Shown here piece after piece: positions 1 to 13,184 of a stretch of 64,000 nucleotides of DNA; the stretch's first letter is position 1; each line of letters starts with the position of its first letter. Where the stretch lies: NCBI GenBank assembly GCA_951406725.2, contig OX597837.1, positions 37,882,001 through 37,946,000 of the forward strand, given 5' to 3'. The position numbers and the translations under genes are program-made. The DNA comes from Octopus vulgaris (lineage: Eukaryota). Under the pieces are notes generated by a model that worked only from the letters and a program-made list of their open reading frames with translations, was not told the origin of the DNA and searched no databases.

Positions 1-388
1 GATGCGTGTATGTATGTGCATATGTATGTACGTGTGTACGAGTGCATATATGTACGTATATTTTTGTATGTTTGTGCGTATATACTTATATATGCATGTT
101 TGTACACACGTGGTTTTGCACAGAGTATTATTCTAGCGAATGTCAGTCAAAACATAACAAAATTAGAAGTTTGTTTCAAAAGTAATTTGGTGATAAGATG
201 ATAGTGTGGCCTTAAGATGGCAATAAAAGCTGTTTGCTGTTATGTACATTTAAAGGTACCTTTGACAATATTTACGGATTAAAATGTTTTTGGCATTACA
301 TAGACAATATTTTCCCGTAGGATATGAGCAGTTCCCCCTGAACACTATTTTTTGAATTTCTTCCATTTTTGGATTTTTCTGTTCCTGG

Positions 389-714
<326 letters not shown>

Positions 715-715
715 T

Positions 716-779
716 TTCTGTCATTGGACCAAAACTTTGCGAGTGGATTTGGTTGACGGAAACCGAAAGAAGCCTGTCA

Positions 780-818
<39 letters not shown>

Positions 819-1025
819 CTTTGTTTCTGTGTTTGTCGACCACCATCACCTGACAACCAGTATTGGTTTATTTACGTCCCCGTAACTTAAGGTTTCGGCA
901 AAAGTGACTGATAGAATAAATCCTAGGTTTTGAAAAAATAATTCCTGTGATCGATTTCTTCGACTAAAACCCCTTCAAGACGGTGCCTCAGCATGGCCAC
1001 AGTCAAACGACCGAAACAAGTAGAA
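716..1025 (+). mobile_element. SINE-A, 5'-truncated copy
   Basis: Matches body and 3' end of the full copy at 35798-36209 (gagtggatttgg..gacggaaac..; ggtgcctcagcatggccacagtcaaa). Confidence 0.85.
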
Positions 1026-1501
1026 GGTATCCTAACACACCTATATTCTCGAACGTACTTACGGCCATCCTTAGAGTTAATTACCCAACATCTTTAAAGA
1101 AATTACTATATATCGTGCACCAGTTGTGTTCATTAGCAATAGAACGACCGACATATTCCTTAACAACCATAATATTCTTTTGTGATTCAACAGCCGGGGA
1201 TTGTGTTATCCATTAGCTTTGCTTATCGCTCGTTTCTGTACGATAGTATAATCATTCGTTAATACTATACGGATAATTAGCAGATCGTTGTCGTATTTTA
1301 GTCATGGTAAGTAATGTCGAGCGTATTATGTACGGTCTGGTGATCAAGAAATTTGTCTCGCTACTAAAGTACTGCGATATCTTATATATGGTTATTTGGT
1401 ACACAGACGGTGGGGTGCGCAGACTGAAGGAGTAATGAAAAGATTTTTATTAATGCAGTTGAAATTGGATAATTAGGCGTAAATTAGATCAGGTTGAGTA
1501 A

Positions 1502-1572
<71 letters not shown>

Positions 1573-1922
1573 GATAGATAGATAGATAGATAGATCTGGG
1601 CGGGTGGATGGGTGGGTGGATGGGTGGGTGGATGGGTGGGTGGATGGGTGGGTGGATGGGTGGGTGGATGGGTGGGTGGATGGGTTTGGGTGGGTGTATG
1701 GATAGATAGATGGATAGTCTTTACAGATTGTGCAGCAAGAAATTGCAGAACTCTCATCTGTCGTCTACAACCGGAGAGACAGTGATATATGCACACACAC
1801 ACACACACACACACACGCACATATACACATACACACACGCAAACATTATATAACTGTGTATATGTACACATTCGTATTTAACACGCTCGTGTACACTCAG
1901 ACGGGGAAAAACTGTCGCTGGC

Positions 1923-1960
1923 ACCAACTGACGAAGTTGACTACACTGAAACCGGTGGGT
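1923..1960 (+). ncRNA. Degenerate minimal hammerhead ribozyme motif
   Basis: CTGACGA, stem II agt/act, GAAA, palindromic ACCGGT; cleavage position is G and stem I is poor. Confidence 0.4.
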
Positions 1961-1968
1961 CAAAAGAA

Positions 1969-2130
1969 TACAGTAATCTCTCTTCATATCGCGGTTCACT
2001 TATCGTGGTTCACTTATCGCGGTTCACTTATCGCGGTTTATCATTTAAGTTTACGTCGATTCCTCCGTGGTATCGGATTTAAAATAAAATAAATATATAC
2101 AAATTATAAAAATGACAAAAAAAATATACA
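1969..2130 (+). mobile_element. pogo/Tigger-like terminus with 14-bp subterminal tandem repeats
   Basis: TA-CAGTAATCTCTC..TATCGCGG start; about 4x tatcgcggttcact. Confidence 0.55.
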
Positions 2131-2390
2131 GTCGGCCCGAGGCTGTAGTAGAAGATACTTGCTCAATGTGCCACGCAGTGGGACTGAACGCGGAACTATG
2201 TGGTTGGAAAGCAAGCTTTTTACCAGACAGCCACTACTGCAAGTATTACTAGAGTTGGCTCAGACAACATTCTTTAGTCTTGGATAGTCTTCGGTAGGTT
2301 TTCTAAGATAAGGAACCAAATTCCCTTTCAAGGAGGGAAAGCCTTCCATTTCATAAATCATGAAATAATATAAAACAGACATATTCCCTC

Positions 2391-2484
2391 AAGGAATACA
2401 AGAGAAGGCATGACAATGTCGGCAGAATGGTTCATTGGGAACAATGTATCAAGTATAGATTGAAAAAAAAGCGAGAATATGGTA

Positions 2485-2488
<4 letters not shown>
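2391..2488 (+). mobile_element. R4/Dong-like RLE LINE fragment
   Basis: Translates KEYKRRHDNVGRMVHWEQCIKY..WYE (RHD..VHW motif). Confidence 0.75.
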
Positions 2489-2545
<57 letters not shown>

Positions 2546-2796
2546 TGAAGCTTTACTATAGCGTCGTATATTATCGACTGCTATTTCCAGTAAATATTGT
2601 TGTATCACTATTCTATATATATATATTTGTATATATATAAGTTTTATCATGGCTTACCGAATAATTGTCACATATTACATTTACAGATAAATTCCTCTAT
2701 TTACAATAATATCGAGGTCTCTTTCATTCTTTTGTTGTCTTACCATTTTTATCAATAGATATATATAGACCGCTAACTCCACAAGTTTTTTTTAAT

Positions 2797-2950
2797 TCTC
2801 TCTCTGTTTATTTCCTTGTGTTCCTTTCTGTTGAAGAGCGTAGGTTCGAAACGTAAAAGACTTTCTCTCCTTCTCGAGTGTCAAACTAATACACCAGCTT
2901 TTTGTTTATACACCTGTCTTCGTCTTTTGTTTTTCTGTAAATTTCCACAA
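2797..2950 (+). mobile_element. Family E short element with hammerhead-like motif (2824-2859)
   Basis: cttt-CTGTTGA-A-gagc gtag gttc-GAAA-cg-TA-aaag; five related copies in window. Confidence 0.65.
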
Positions 2951-3170
2951 TATATATATATATGTATCTATGTGTGTGTGTTTGTATCTGTGTTTGTCCC
3001 CCCCCTCAACCACCGCTTGACAACCGGTGTTGGTGTATTTACGTCCCCGGAATCTAGCGCTTTGGTAAAAGACGCCGATACGTAGCAATAAGTAACAGGT
3101 TTAATAAAAAAAAAATAGTACTGAGGTCCGTTAGTTCGGCTAAAGATTCTCCAAGGCGGTACCCCAAATA

Positions 3171-3744
<574 letters not shown>

Positions 3745-3967
3745 TAGGTTAATCCTTTATACCATAGGCACAAGGCCTGAAATTTGGTGGGGGATAAATT
3801 ATATTGATCCCAGTATTCAAATGGTACGTATTTCATTGACCCTGAAATTATGCTAACCTTGGCAGAATTTGAACTCTGCTAAGAATTTTGCCCTACATGC
3901 TAATGGTTCTGTTAGCTCACTGCTTATAATAATAATAATAATAATCAATAATAATCATAATAGTGTA

Positions 3968-4512
3968 ATACCAGGCAGTGGCTCTCATGACTTCTGATCT
4001 TAACTGATTGGAAGTGTTATCATGTACATTGTTTTGTCTTGGTATAAAAGATAGGCTGCAGCAAATATTCTGCTCAATACCACAGATTTGCTTGCCAGTT
4101 GTTTGACCATGACCAGTTGAGCATGTCCCTTAGTGGTTGACGATATGTGCATCTCTGATCACGAGCAGAAGTAGTGGGGGAGCATCATAGCCATGTGTTG
4201 AGAGGGATTCTTTGGAGTTTGAATAATTCTCCTTTGGAAACATGGGTGTTTCGTTCAACATCTCCAAAAAACCCTTATTCAAGGATCTTTTGAGCGTGAT
4301 GGGCTACTCAAACTGAAGAAAATCCTAACTGGGCCCCACGTGCAAGGTCATGTGCTGTTTATCTTGATATGAGATTACCATTTCGAGCACATATGGTTGT
4401 GATGCATGTGCCTGATGTACCCTTATCAGACGAGTAGTCATGATGGATATACCGGGCTTCGTATATTTTACCCCAGTGTCACTTTGATGGCATGCATTGC
4501 TCTCTCACCCAA
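3968..4512 (+). mobile_element. (TAA)n-associated dispersed retroposon-like repeat
   Basis: 3' part is shared with the inverted copy at 40340-40678; common 3' end, different 5' truncation, (TAA)n flanks. Confidence 0.7.
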
Positions 4513-5545
4513 TAATAATAATTCCTTCTAATTTTGGCACGAGGCCAATAATTTTGGGAGGAGGGGATAGATCGATTACATCGACCCGGTGTTGGTGTGT
4601 TTATGTCCACGGAACCTAGCGCTTTGGTAAAAGACGCCGATATAATAAGTAACAGGTTTAATAAAGAAAAAAGTACTGAGGTTAAAAATTTCTCAAGGCG
4701 GTACTCCAGCCAGGCCGCAGTCTAATGACCGCAACAAGTAAAAGATAAGAGAAGTGAAGTCGATGATACAGTCCTCTTGATACAAAGGGATCTGTTCTGG
4801 AGTCGAACCAGGAACCCCATCCCCCCCCCGGTTTGAACGCCAAGGGTAAGTTAACCCATCAAGTGTAAGGTTTTTTAAACTGACGTTTCGAACAGCGTTG
4901 ACTTATTCTCAAGTTAGGTTACCGCATGGATATCATTTCCCGCCGACATTTTGGTTTGATGTTTAGGTATTATATCGAGTGATGTCACGTGAATGTTCGT
5001 GTGTTTGTACGTTTGTGCGTGCCTGCGTGTGAGTGTATGTGTGCGCGTCTGTGTGTGTGCGTGTGTGTGTATGTGTGTATAGCTAGGCAAACTAAAACAG
5101 TTGGACGTAGTGTCATGATATTAACACTTCACTCGCACACGTTATACACAATTTCACACACACATACACACATACACACACACACACACTCTGTTTCTTC
5201 TTTTCTTTCTTTTATCCCCCTCCCTTTCTTTTATTTATTCTCTCTCTGTCTAGCTATCTATCTAATACACACACACACACACACACACGCATGTACACAC
5301 ATAGTTGTGTTTTTGTGTTATTTTTTCTTCAGCCATTGGGCACCGGCCATGCTTTGGCACCGCCTTGAAGGGTTTCGCCGCGCAAATTGACTCACAGTTC
5401 TTACGTCAAGTCTGCTACCATTAAGCTACGGGAACGTAAACTAACCAACACCAGTTGTCAAGTCGTGGAACGAGAAGCACAAAGACGCATTCAAGCGTAA
5501 AAACACGTTCGTTAACACATACAAACACACACATAAACACAAATA

Positions 5546-5582
<37 letters not shown>

Positions 5583-5606
5583 TGTAAGTATGTATGTATG
5601 TATGGT

Positions 5607-5910
5607 GTAAAGATTGTTTGCCAACATAATATGGCAGTCCTGGTTTAGGACGAATGTTGCTGTAATTTAGCCCCAGGAGACATCGTCTCCAGCTGGTTAT
5701 AAGGCATGATCTGTATCCTTACATTTTTTTTAGAAAATATAAGGACACTGATCATGTCGTATAGCCAGCTGGAGACGATGTGTCCTCGGGCTAAATTACA
5801 GCAACATTCGTCCTAAACCAGGACTGCCATGTTATGTTGGCAATCTTTACTCCAAAGTACTGTTGCTGAATATCTCTCGTTGTGAGATTCACAACTAGTA
5901 ATTTTCTAAA
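5607..5910. mobile_element. Approx. 245-bp palindrome (5607-5850) plus one-sided tail, within (TATG)n
   Basis: Arms gtaaagattg..tcctta / taagga..caatctttac are near-perfect reverse complements; related to 18846-18965 and 49617-49742. Confidence 0.8.
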
Positions 5911-5939
5911 GTATGTATGTATGTATGTATGTATGTTCT

Positions 5940-6306
5940 TTTCTGTTTTCAATTATTTAAATTCTTCCTCGCAGGAAGGAGCTGGTTTCTAAAATACGAT
6001 ACAAAGCTCCATCGTTTTAATGTAGATACCAAAAGCAAATTCACATTTTAAACTTAACGAAAGTGTTGCATATTTTTATTGTTCCACTTACAGACTATTT
6101 GCAATGTGCGAGTTAGTCTGTTGAAATTTTTTTCCGAAAACCCTAATTTATCCAGAGATTTACTTAGGCATTTATTTACCCAGAAAACCAAGCGGACCAA
6201 TTATAATTGGTATAAACGAGAATTTATAATCTGGATACAGAAACTGGAGGTTTTGAAGCAGTTGTCCATAATTCTCCCCTTCCTCTTAGATTTTCAAAGA
6301 GATCAA

Positions 6307-6308
<2 letters not shown>
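5940..6308 (-). mobile_element. RLE LINE 3' end, (TACA)n-associated family
   Basis: ENYGQLLQNLQFLYPDYKFSFIPIIIGPLG..LDKLGF..SGTIKICNTFVKFKM*; (TATG)n on both sides. Confidence 0.85.
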
Positions 6309-6337
<29 letters not shown>

Positions 6338-6766
6338 TGTATGTATGTATGTATGTATGTATGTATGTATGTATGTATGTATGTATGCATGCATGTATGT
6401 ATTTATGTATGTATGAATGTATGCATGTATGTATGTATACATACGTACGCACACAAACACACACACATACATATTCATACATACATGTATGCATGCATGT
6501 ATGTGTGTATGTATGTGTTTATGTGTGTGTATGCATGTATGTATATGCTTGCATATTTGTTTGGATATATGTATGTACTACGCCTGTATGAATGAATGCT
6601 TGCACGTATATCTATGTATGTAGGTATGTATGTGTGTATGTATGTATGTATGTATGTATGTATGTATGTATGTATGTATGTATGTATGTATGTATGTATG
6701 TATGTATGTATGTATGCATGTATGTATGTATGTATGTATGTATGCATGTATGTATGTATATATGTA

Positions 6767-6802
<36 letters not shown>

Positions 6803-6950
6803 TGTATGTATGTATGTATGTATGTATGTATGTATGTATGTATGTATGTATGTATGTATGTATGTATGTAGGCATGAATATATGTGTGTGTGATTGTGTG
6901 TATGTGTATATATGTGTGTGTGTGTAAGTGTGTGTGTCTGTGCGTGTGTT
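6309..6950. repeat. Long (TATG)n microsatellite
   Basis: Direct reading. Confidence 0.95.
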
Positions 6951-7319
6951 TTTAGTGTGTTTTCAGTGGCGGGTTCATAGAAATGAGTTTAGAGAGAGAG
7001 AGTAGCGCAACCGTTTGAAGTGTTAAAAGTCCGATGGGTATATTAAGGGTGGCGGGTGGTCGGTGGTGGTGGAACACCCACTACCTCCCATACCGACTCT
7101 CTCACGCACTTTCCACTATCTTCAATCTCAATGCCTCTCCACCCCCACCTATATCTTCCTCCTCTTCCCCCTCTTCCTCTTCTGACCACCCCCGCTCCCT
7201 CCACCTCCTGCTGCTCCTCTTTCCTCTCCATCTGATATCACACTAGGCCAGATCAGATTCTGATTAGCTCGGGAAAGTGTCATCATAGTCGCCGCCGCCG
7301 CGAACCAACTCCCCCACCT

Positions 7320-7453
7320 TATTATCATCACCGTCGTCACCTCCCTTCTCTTCACCGTCAACGTCGTCGTCGTCGTAGACATCATCATCGTCATCATCAT
7401 CGTCGTCATCATCATCATCATCATCATCATCATCGTCATCATCATCGTCGTCG

Positions 7454-7492
<39 letters not shown>

Positions 7493-7665
7493 CCATCATC
7501 GACGTCGTTGTAGTCGTCATCATCATGAACACCACCATGATGATTATCATCTCACGATCTTCGTTGTCATCATCATCATCATCATCACCATCGCCATCAC
7601 AGAAGCTGATGCTGTCCACGTCAGCCTCCCCCCTCCTCCTCCTCATCGTCGTCGTCGTCGTCAAC
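7320..7665. repeat. (CAT/CGT)n low-complexity tract
   Basis: Direct reading. Confidence 0.9.
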
Positions 7666-7832
7666 ATGATTTGCTCAATCATTGAAGTGCAAGCTTGTCA
7701 TGTGACATAGAAACTGAGTGAGTGAGATACGTGTTTCAATCCAAACACAGGTTTTATGACGTCAACATTTCTTGCGCACGCACACGTACAAACATACATG
7801 CATATACGTACATCCATATCTACATACACACT

Positions 7833-7915
<83 letters not shown>

Positions 7916-7962
7916 GTATGTATATATATATATAAATATATACATATATATATATATACATA

Positions 7963-8073
7963 TTGGCCCTGCTCGCTTAGCCAGCGGGGTGGCGTCATTT
8001 GAAGGCTAAAGCAATGCGAAGCGCATTGTGACCAGCGATGTGTAGCAACATCTGATAACCTGGTCAGTCACGG
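7963..8073. mobile_element. Family G approx. 110-bp structured repeat in (TA)n
   Basis: Inverted near-identical copy at 18689-18810; hairpins aatgcg-aag-cgcatt, gatgt..acatc, gaccag..ctggtc. Confidence 0.7.
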
Positions 8074-8120
8074 ATATATATAGACATATACATATACACA
8101 CACATACATATATACATACA

Positions 8121-8174
<54 letters not shown>

Positions 8175-9472
8175 CATGTATATATATATATGCATATATA
8201 CTCATTCTCAGATCCATATTCACACATATCTACAAACACATACATATGACACACATACAAACATGCTTACATACACCCACATATGCATGCATGCATCAAT
8301 CTGCACGATACCTAGGGCGAGTGTCCTTTACTATAGTCCCAGGCCGATCAATGCTTTGTGAAGGAATTTGGAGGACGGAAACTGTGTGGAAGCTCTTCGT
8401 ATGTGTATGTGTGTGTGTGTGTGTGTGTCGTGGGGGACGTATTCGTGCTTGTGCTGCGTTTGTCCCTCTCTACCTACTGACAACCGGTGTTTGTTTGTTT
8501 TCGTCTCTGTAACCTAGCGTTTCGGCATGGGCTTGATTCGTTCGACTAAGCTAAGTCCTTCAAGGCCCCAACATGTGAAAACCAAAAGATAAGAAGATAA
8601 AAGTTGATAGATGGAAGGACATTGCTGGTGATCATTGTCCAATGGAGCTTGGCACGGGAGGAGAGCTTGAAGAGACGAAATAAGGGAGTATGAGGGTTGC
8701 TGTTAAAGGAAAAACAAATTTTATCCTTCCATCCAACCATCCATCCATCCACTTTCTCCGTCCACTATTCTTGGGTGGGTCGTTGAGGTGGAGTCCACAG
8801 GCACCTTCTATACGGGGTCCTGTCAGAAGCACAGAAGCAACCGGCATTAGACCTTCCTGTTTTATTTCCATGTATGTTCGACTGAAATTTATTAACACCG
8901 TTAACATCCTAACACTCAATGATTTTTGTTGTGTCTGGGAGGGTCATAATGCCTCAAAACAACACACGCACCGGTTCAATTTCCACTCATTTATTTATTT
9001 ATTCATTCATTTATTTATTTATCGATTTATTCCCTTTTTTAAAACAAACAACATACAACAAACAAACAAACAAAAAGAATAAAAAAGGAGCGCAGCTTTA
9101 ATAACGGACGGTCAGAGTCAAAATGAATTGATACAGTTGCAAAAGCAGTGACAAAAAAGCTTTCTGGAATAAATAAATAAACGAGTAGAAATCGAACCGG
9201 TGCGTGTGTTATATTAAGGCAATGACCCTCCCGAGACACTACAAAATTTGTTTCAACACACGAATTCACATAAGGCATCTTGCAAACCAGATACAAAAAC
9301 TCAATGACTTATTATTTTGTTAATAAATAACCAACCAAAATTATACTAATCCTGACTCATCGATTCCTACAACCAACCTAAAAAAATCTACGAATAAAAA
9401 TCAAACAGTTGATTGATAAAACAAATTATATTAATACCCCCATGAAAATGTTTAACATTAATACCCCCTTCT

Positions 9473-10085
9473 TATTTCTTTATTGCCCACAAGGGACTAA
9501 AAATAGAGGGAACAAACAAGGACAAAGGGGTTAAGTCGATTATATCGACCTCAGTGCGCAACTGGTACTTAATTTATCGACCCCCGAAAGAATGAATGGC
9601 AAAGTCGATCTCGGTGGAATTTGAACTCAGAGCGTAACGGCAGACGAAATACCTATTTCTATTTCTTTACTACCCACAAGGGGCTAAACACAGAGAGGAC
9701 AAACAAAGACAGACAGAGGGGTTAAGTCGATTACATCGACCCCAGTACGCAACTGGTACTTAATTTATTGACCCCCGAAAAGTAGAAAGGCAAAGTCGAC
9801 CTCGGTGGAATTTGAACTCAGAACGTAACGGCAGACGAAATACCTACTTCTATTTCTTTACAACCCACAAGAGGCTAAACACAGAGGGGACAAACAAGGA
9901 CAGACAAACGGTTTAAGTCGATTATATCGAGCCCAGTGCGCAACTGGTACTTAATTTATCGACCCCCCGAAAAGATGAAAGTCAAAGTCAACCTCGGCGG
10001 AATTTGAACTCAGAACGTAACGGCAGATGAAGTACGGCTACGCATTTCGCCCGGCGTGCTAACGTTTCTGCCAGCTCGCCGCCTT
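9473..10085 (-). mobile_element. SINE-B trimer with 12-bp TSD
   Basis: tRNA-like head (ggcggcgagctggcagaa..gagttcaaattcc) plus two more approx. 197-bp units; TSD atacccccttct at 9461-9472 and 10087-10098. Confidence 0.9.
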
Positions 10086-10108
10086 GATACCCCCTTCTGT
10101 GTACCTAA

Positions 10109-10500
10109 GAAAAACGACGACACCGTGGTGATCTCATTCTTGCTCACAACATCATAAGCGGAAAGTGTAACCTCTCGAAAGAGCTGTTCTTCACTCCTGC
10201 TCCAGAACGTCGGCTGCGGGGTCATTCCGAAAAGCTCTATCTACGACGATTTCATCTCAATCGAAGGAGAGAGGCTTTCTCCGTCCGGGTTGCGGATCCG
10301 TGGAATAAGCTGCCGGACGAGATAGTGAAGATGCCGACGACCCCTCGGTTCAAAGTCTCTCTTGACCGGAAATGGCCTGAACTCTTTGCATGAACACCCT
10401 CCCTGTACATAACTCCATGTCCCCCTACATGGCCTTGCTTTTGCTTTTTGAACCAATAAAAATTAAATTAAATTAGATTAAATTAAATTAAATTAAATAA
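10109..10500 (+). mobile_element. CR1-type LINE 3' end (ORF2 C-terminus 10109-10393, 3'UTR, (AATTA)n tail)
   Basis: Open frame EKRRHRGDLILAHNI..LFF..RLRGHSEKL..AFSVRVADPWNKLPDEIV..FKVSLDRKW. Confidence 0.9.
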
Positions 10501-10960
10501 CTGCCCAACTCTAAAACTGCATACTGATTTCGATATTAAACAAACTAATCTTCTAAATCCACAACTTACTGAATCAAATAAAATATCTAATTTAACAAAC
10601 AGCTTTATAAACATCTCGTTCTTGATCAACCTATAAGTGGATCGGCTTCAAGAATTCCTTTTGACATCCTAATTAAATATCTGTTGTGTTGGAGTTGTGA
10701 CCTCTCAATGGTACAACTGCGAGAGACTCCCTGATATCCAAGCTACACTTTCCCTTGAGTAACGTTACTCCAGAAATTCTTCGGAGGAACTTGGCGTAAA
10801 AAAACAAAAAAACCCTAGGAAAAAGCGGCACAAAGGTAAGACTGACAGACTGTAGGTTCAAGTACAATCCTTGCAGTTGGGACTATCATTCACCTATGGG
10901 TATCTATAATCACAATTGACGTTGATCGGTGGCGTAGCGTGGTGATTATAGACTGTACAG

Positions 10961-11229
10961 GGAGGCGCGTGGCTTAGTGGTTAGGGTGTAGGACTCATGA
11001 TTGTAAGACAGTGGTTTCAATTCCTGGACCCCATGACGTGTTGTGTTCTTGAGCAAAACACTTCGTTTCACGCTGCTCCAGTCCACTCAGCCGCCAAAAA
11101 TGTGTAATCTTGCAACAGACCGGCGTCCTGTCCAGGTGGGGAATTTACACGCCGTGAAACCGGGAAACCGGGAAACCGGCCCTTATGAGCCTGGCATGGC
11201 CCGAGAAGGTAACTTTACTTTACCTTTAC
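10961..11229 (+). mobile_element. SINE-C, tRNA-derived
   Basis: A box tggcttagtgg, B-box-like ggtttcaattcc, CORE-like gtgttcttgagcaaaacact; probable TSD gtacagg at 10955 and 11230. Confidence 0.8.
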
Positions 11230-11324
11230 GTACAGGGTATCGACCATTTTATGAAGCTGTGTTTGGTGGAGTCAACGTTTGTGATACATTTAGGGACTAT
11301 AAGCAACCAATATGGATACCGCAC

Positions 11325-11530
11325 AAGAAGGTAACAAGGCTGGCCCCTTTGAAATAGAGGTACAGCAGAAACAGGAAGGAAGAGTGAGGAAAAGTTGTGG
11401 TGAAAGAGTACAGCAGGGGTCACCACCACCCCCTGTCAGAGCAACGTGGAGTTTTAAGTATTTTCGCTCAATAAACACTCACAACGACCGGTCTGGGAAT
11501 CGAAACCGCGATCCTACGACTGCGAGTCTA
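11325..11530 (-). mobile_element. SINE-D-like partial copy
   Basis: Shares sequence with 34060-34230. Confidence 0.7.
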
Positions 11531-11574
11531 TAACAAATATAAACTCAACGCGGAGAGTAATTTTGTTTCTTTTT

Positions 11575-12018
11575 GTTCTTTTACTTGTTTCAGTCGTTTG
11601 AGTGCGGCCATGATGGAGCACCGCCTTGAAGGGTTTTAGTTGAGTAAATCGCTCCCAGGACTTATTTTTTTTTAAGCCTTAGTGCTTCTTATTCTATCAG
11701 TCTCTTCCGCCGAACCGCTAATGTTACGGGGACGTAAACACACCAGCACCGGTTGTCAAGCGATGGTGGGAGCGCACAAACACAGACCAATCATACACAC
11801 ACACACACACACACACATACACACATACACACGTATATATTTTTATATATATATATATATATAATAACAACGGGCTTCTTTCAGTTTCCGTCTACCAAAT
11901 CTATTGTCAAAGCTTTGGTCAGTCCGAGGCTATAGTAGAAGACACTTGCCCAAGATGCCACACGTGGGACTGAACCCGGAACGATGTGATTGGGAAGCAA
12001 GCTTCTTACCACACGGCC
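11575..12018 (-). mobile_element. SINE-A with internal microsatellite
   Basis: Reverse complement of the 35798-36209 copy. Confidence 0.9.
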
Positions 12019-12252
12019 AATGTTTTAATTTTACTTCAAGATAATCTTTTATTCTTTACCGTTTATCTTTTCCTTGTTTCAGTCTGCGACCATTTAGGGG
12101 AACCTTCTGGAAGGGATTTTTGGGAATTCGAACGAATCGGCCCCAGTACTTACTTTAGTTTTTTAAACATTTTTATTTTCTTTTGAAAAATTAATATTCA
12201 CTTTATCATTTTGTATAAACATCAAGAAATTATATATATATATATATATATA

Positions 12253-12441
12253 AGTTTCACGTTCCCGTTCGTCGGACAGTTTTTTTTTTAACAAAACTGT
12301 CCGACGAAAGAGAACGTGAAACTCCGAGTAACAGCTTTTGTTAAATTTCTGTTGCTTTTAAATAAAGCATATTACTCTACCTCTGGTATTTGAGTACTCT
12401 TTTTTCCACCTTGTTTCACACATTTATGTGTTTACTCCGGT
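12253..12441 (+). mobile_element. Family F palindrome-plus-tail element with hammerhead (12288-12344)
   Basis: ctgt-CCGACGA-stem II-GAAA-ctccgag-TA-acag; partial inverted copy upstream; (TA)n flanks. Confidence 0.75.
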
Positions 12442-12470
12442 ATATATATATATATATATATCATACATAT

Positions 12471-12598
12471 AATTTTTTTTCGTAATGAAATAAAAAAAAA
12501 CCAAGGTTGTGTAGATTTTAGAATATTTATAGATATCCATAAATGTTCTAAAATCTATACAGCCTTGTTTTTTTTTATCTCATTACGAAAAAAAAATT
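12471..12598. repeat. AT-rich approx. 128-bp palindrome
   Basis: ttttcgtaatga..aaggttgtgtagattttagaa / ttctaaaatctatacagcctt..tcattacgaaaa. Confidence 0.85.
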
Positions 12599-12746
12599 TT
12601 ATATACACACGCTGACGTAGAACCAACGATGAACCCTTTATTCGCAATATTACCGAATCTGGAACTTAACTATGGTCTATCTATAGCACTTATTCAGCAT
12701 TACCTGATACCTTTGGGTCTCAATGACACCTTTACCGCTCATAACC

Positions 12747-13155
<409 letters not shown>

Positions 13156-13184
13156 TTGATAAATATTTAAATTATAGTTATTCT

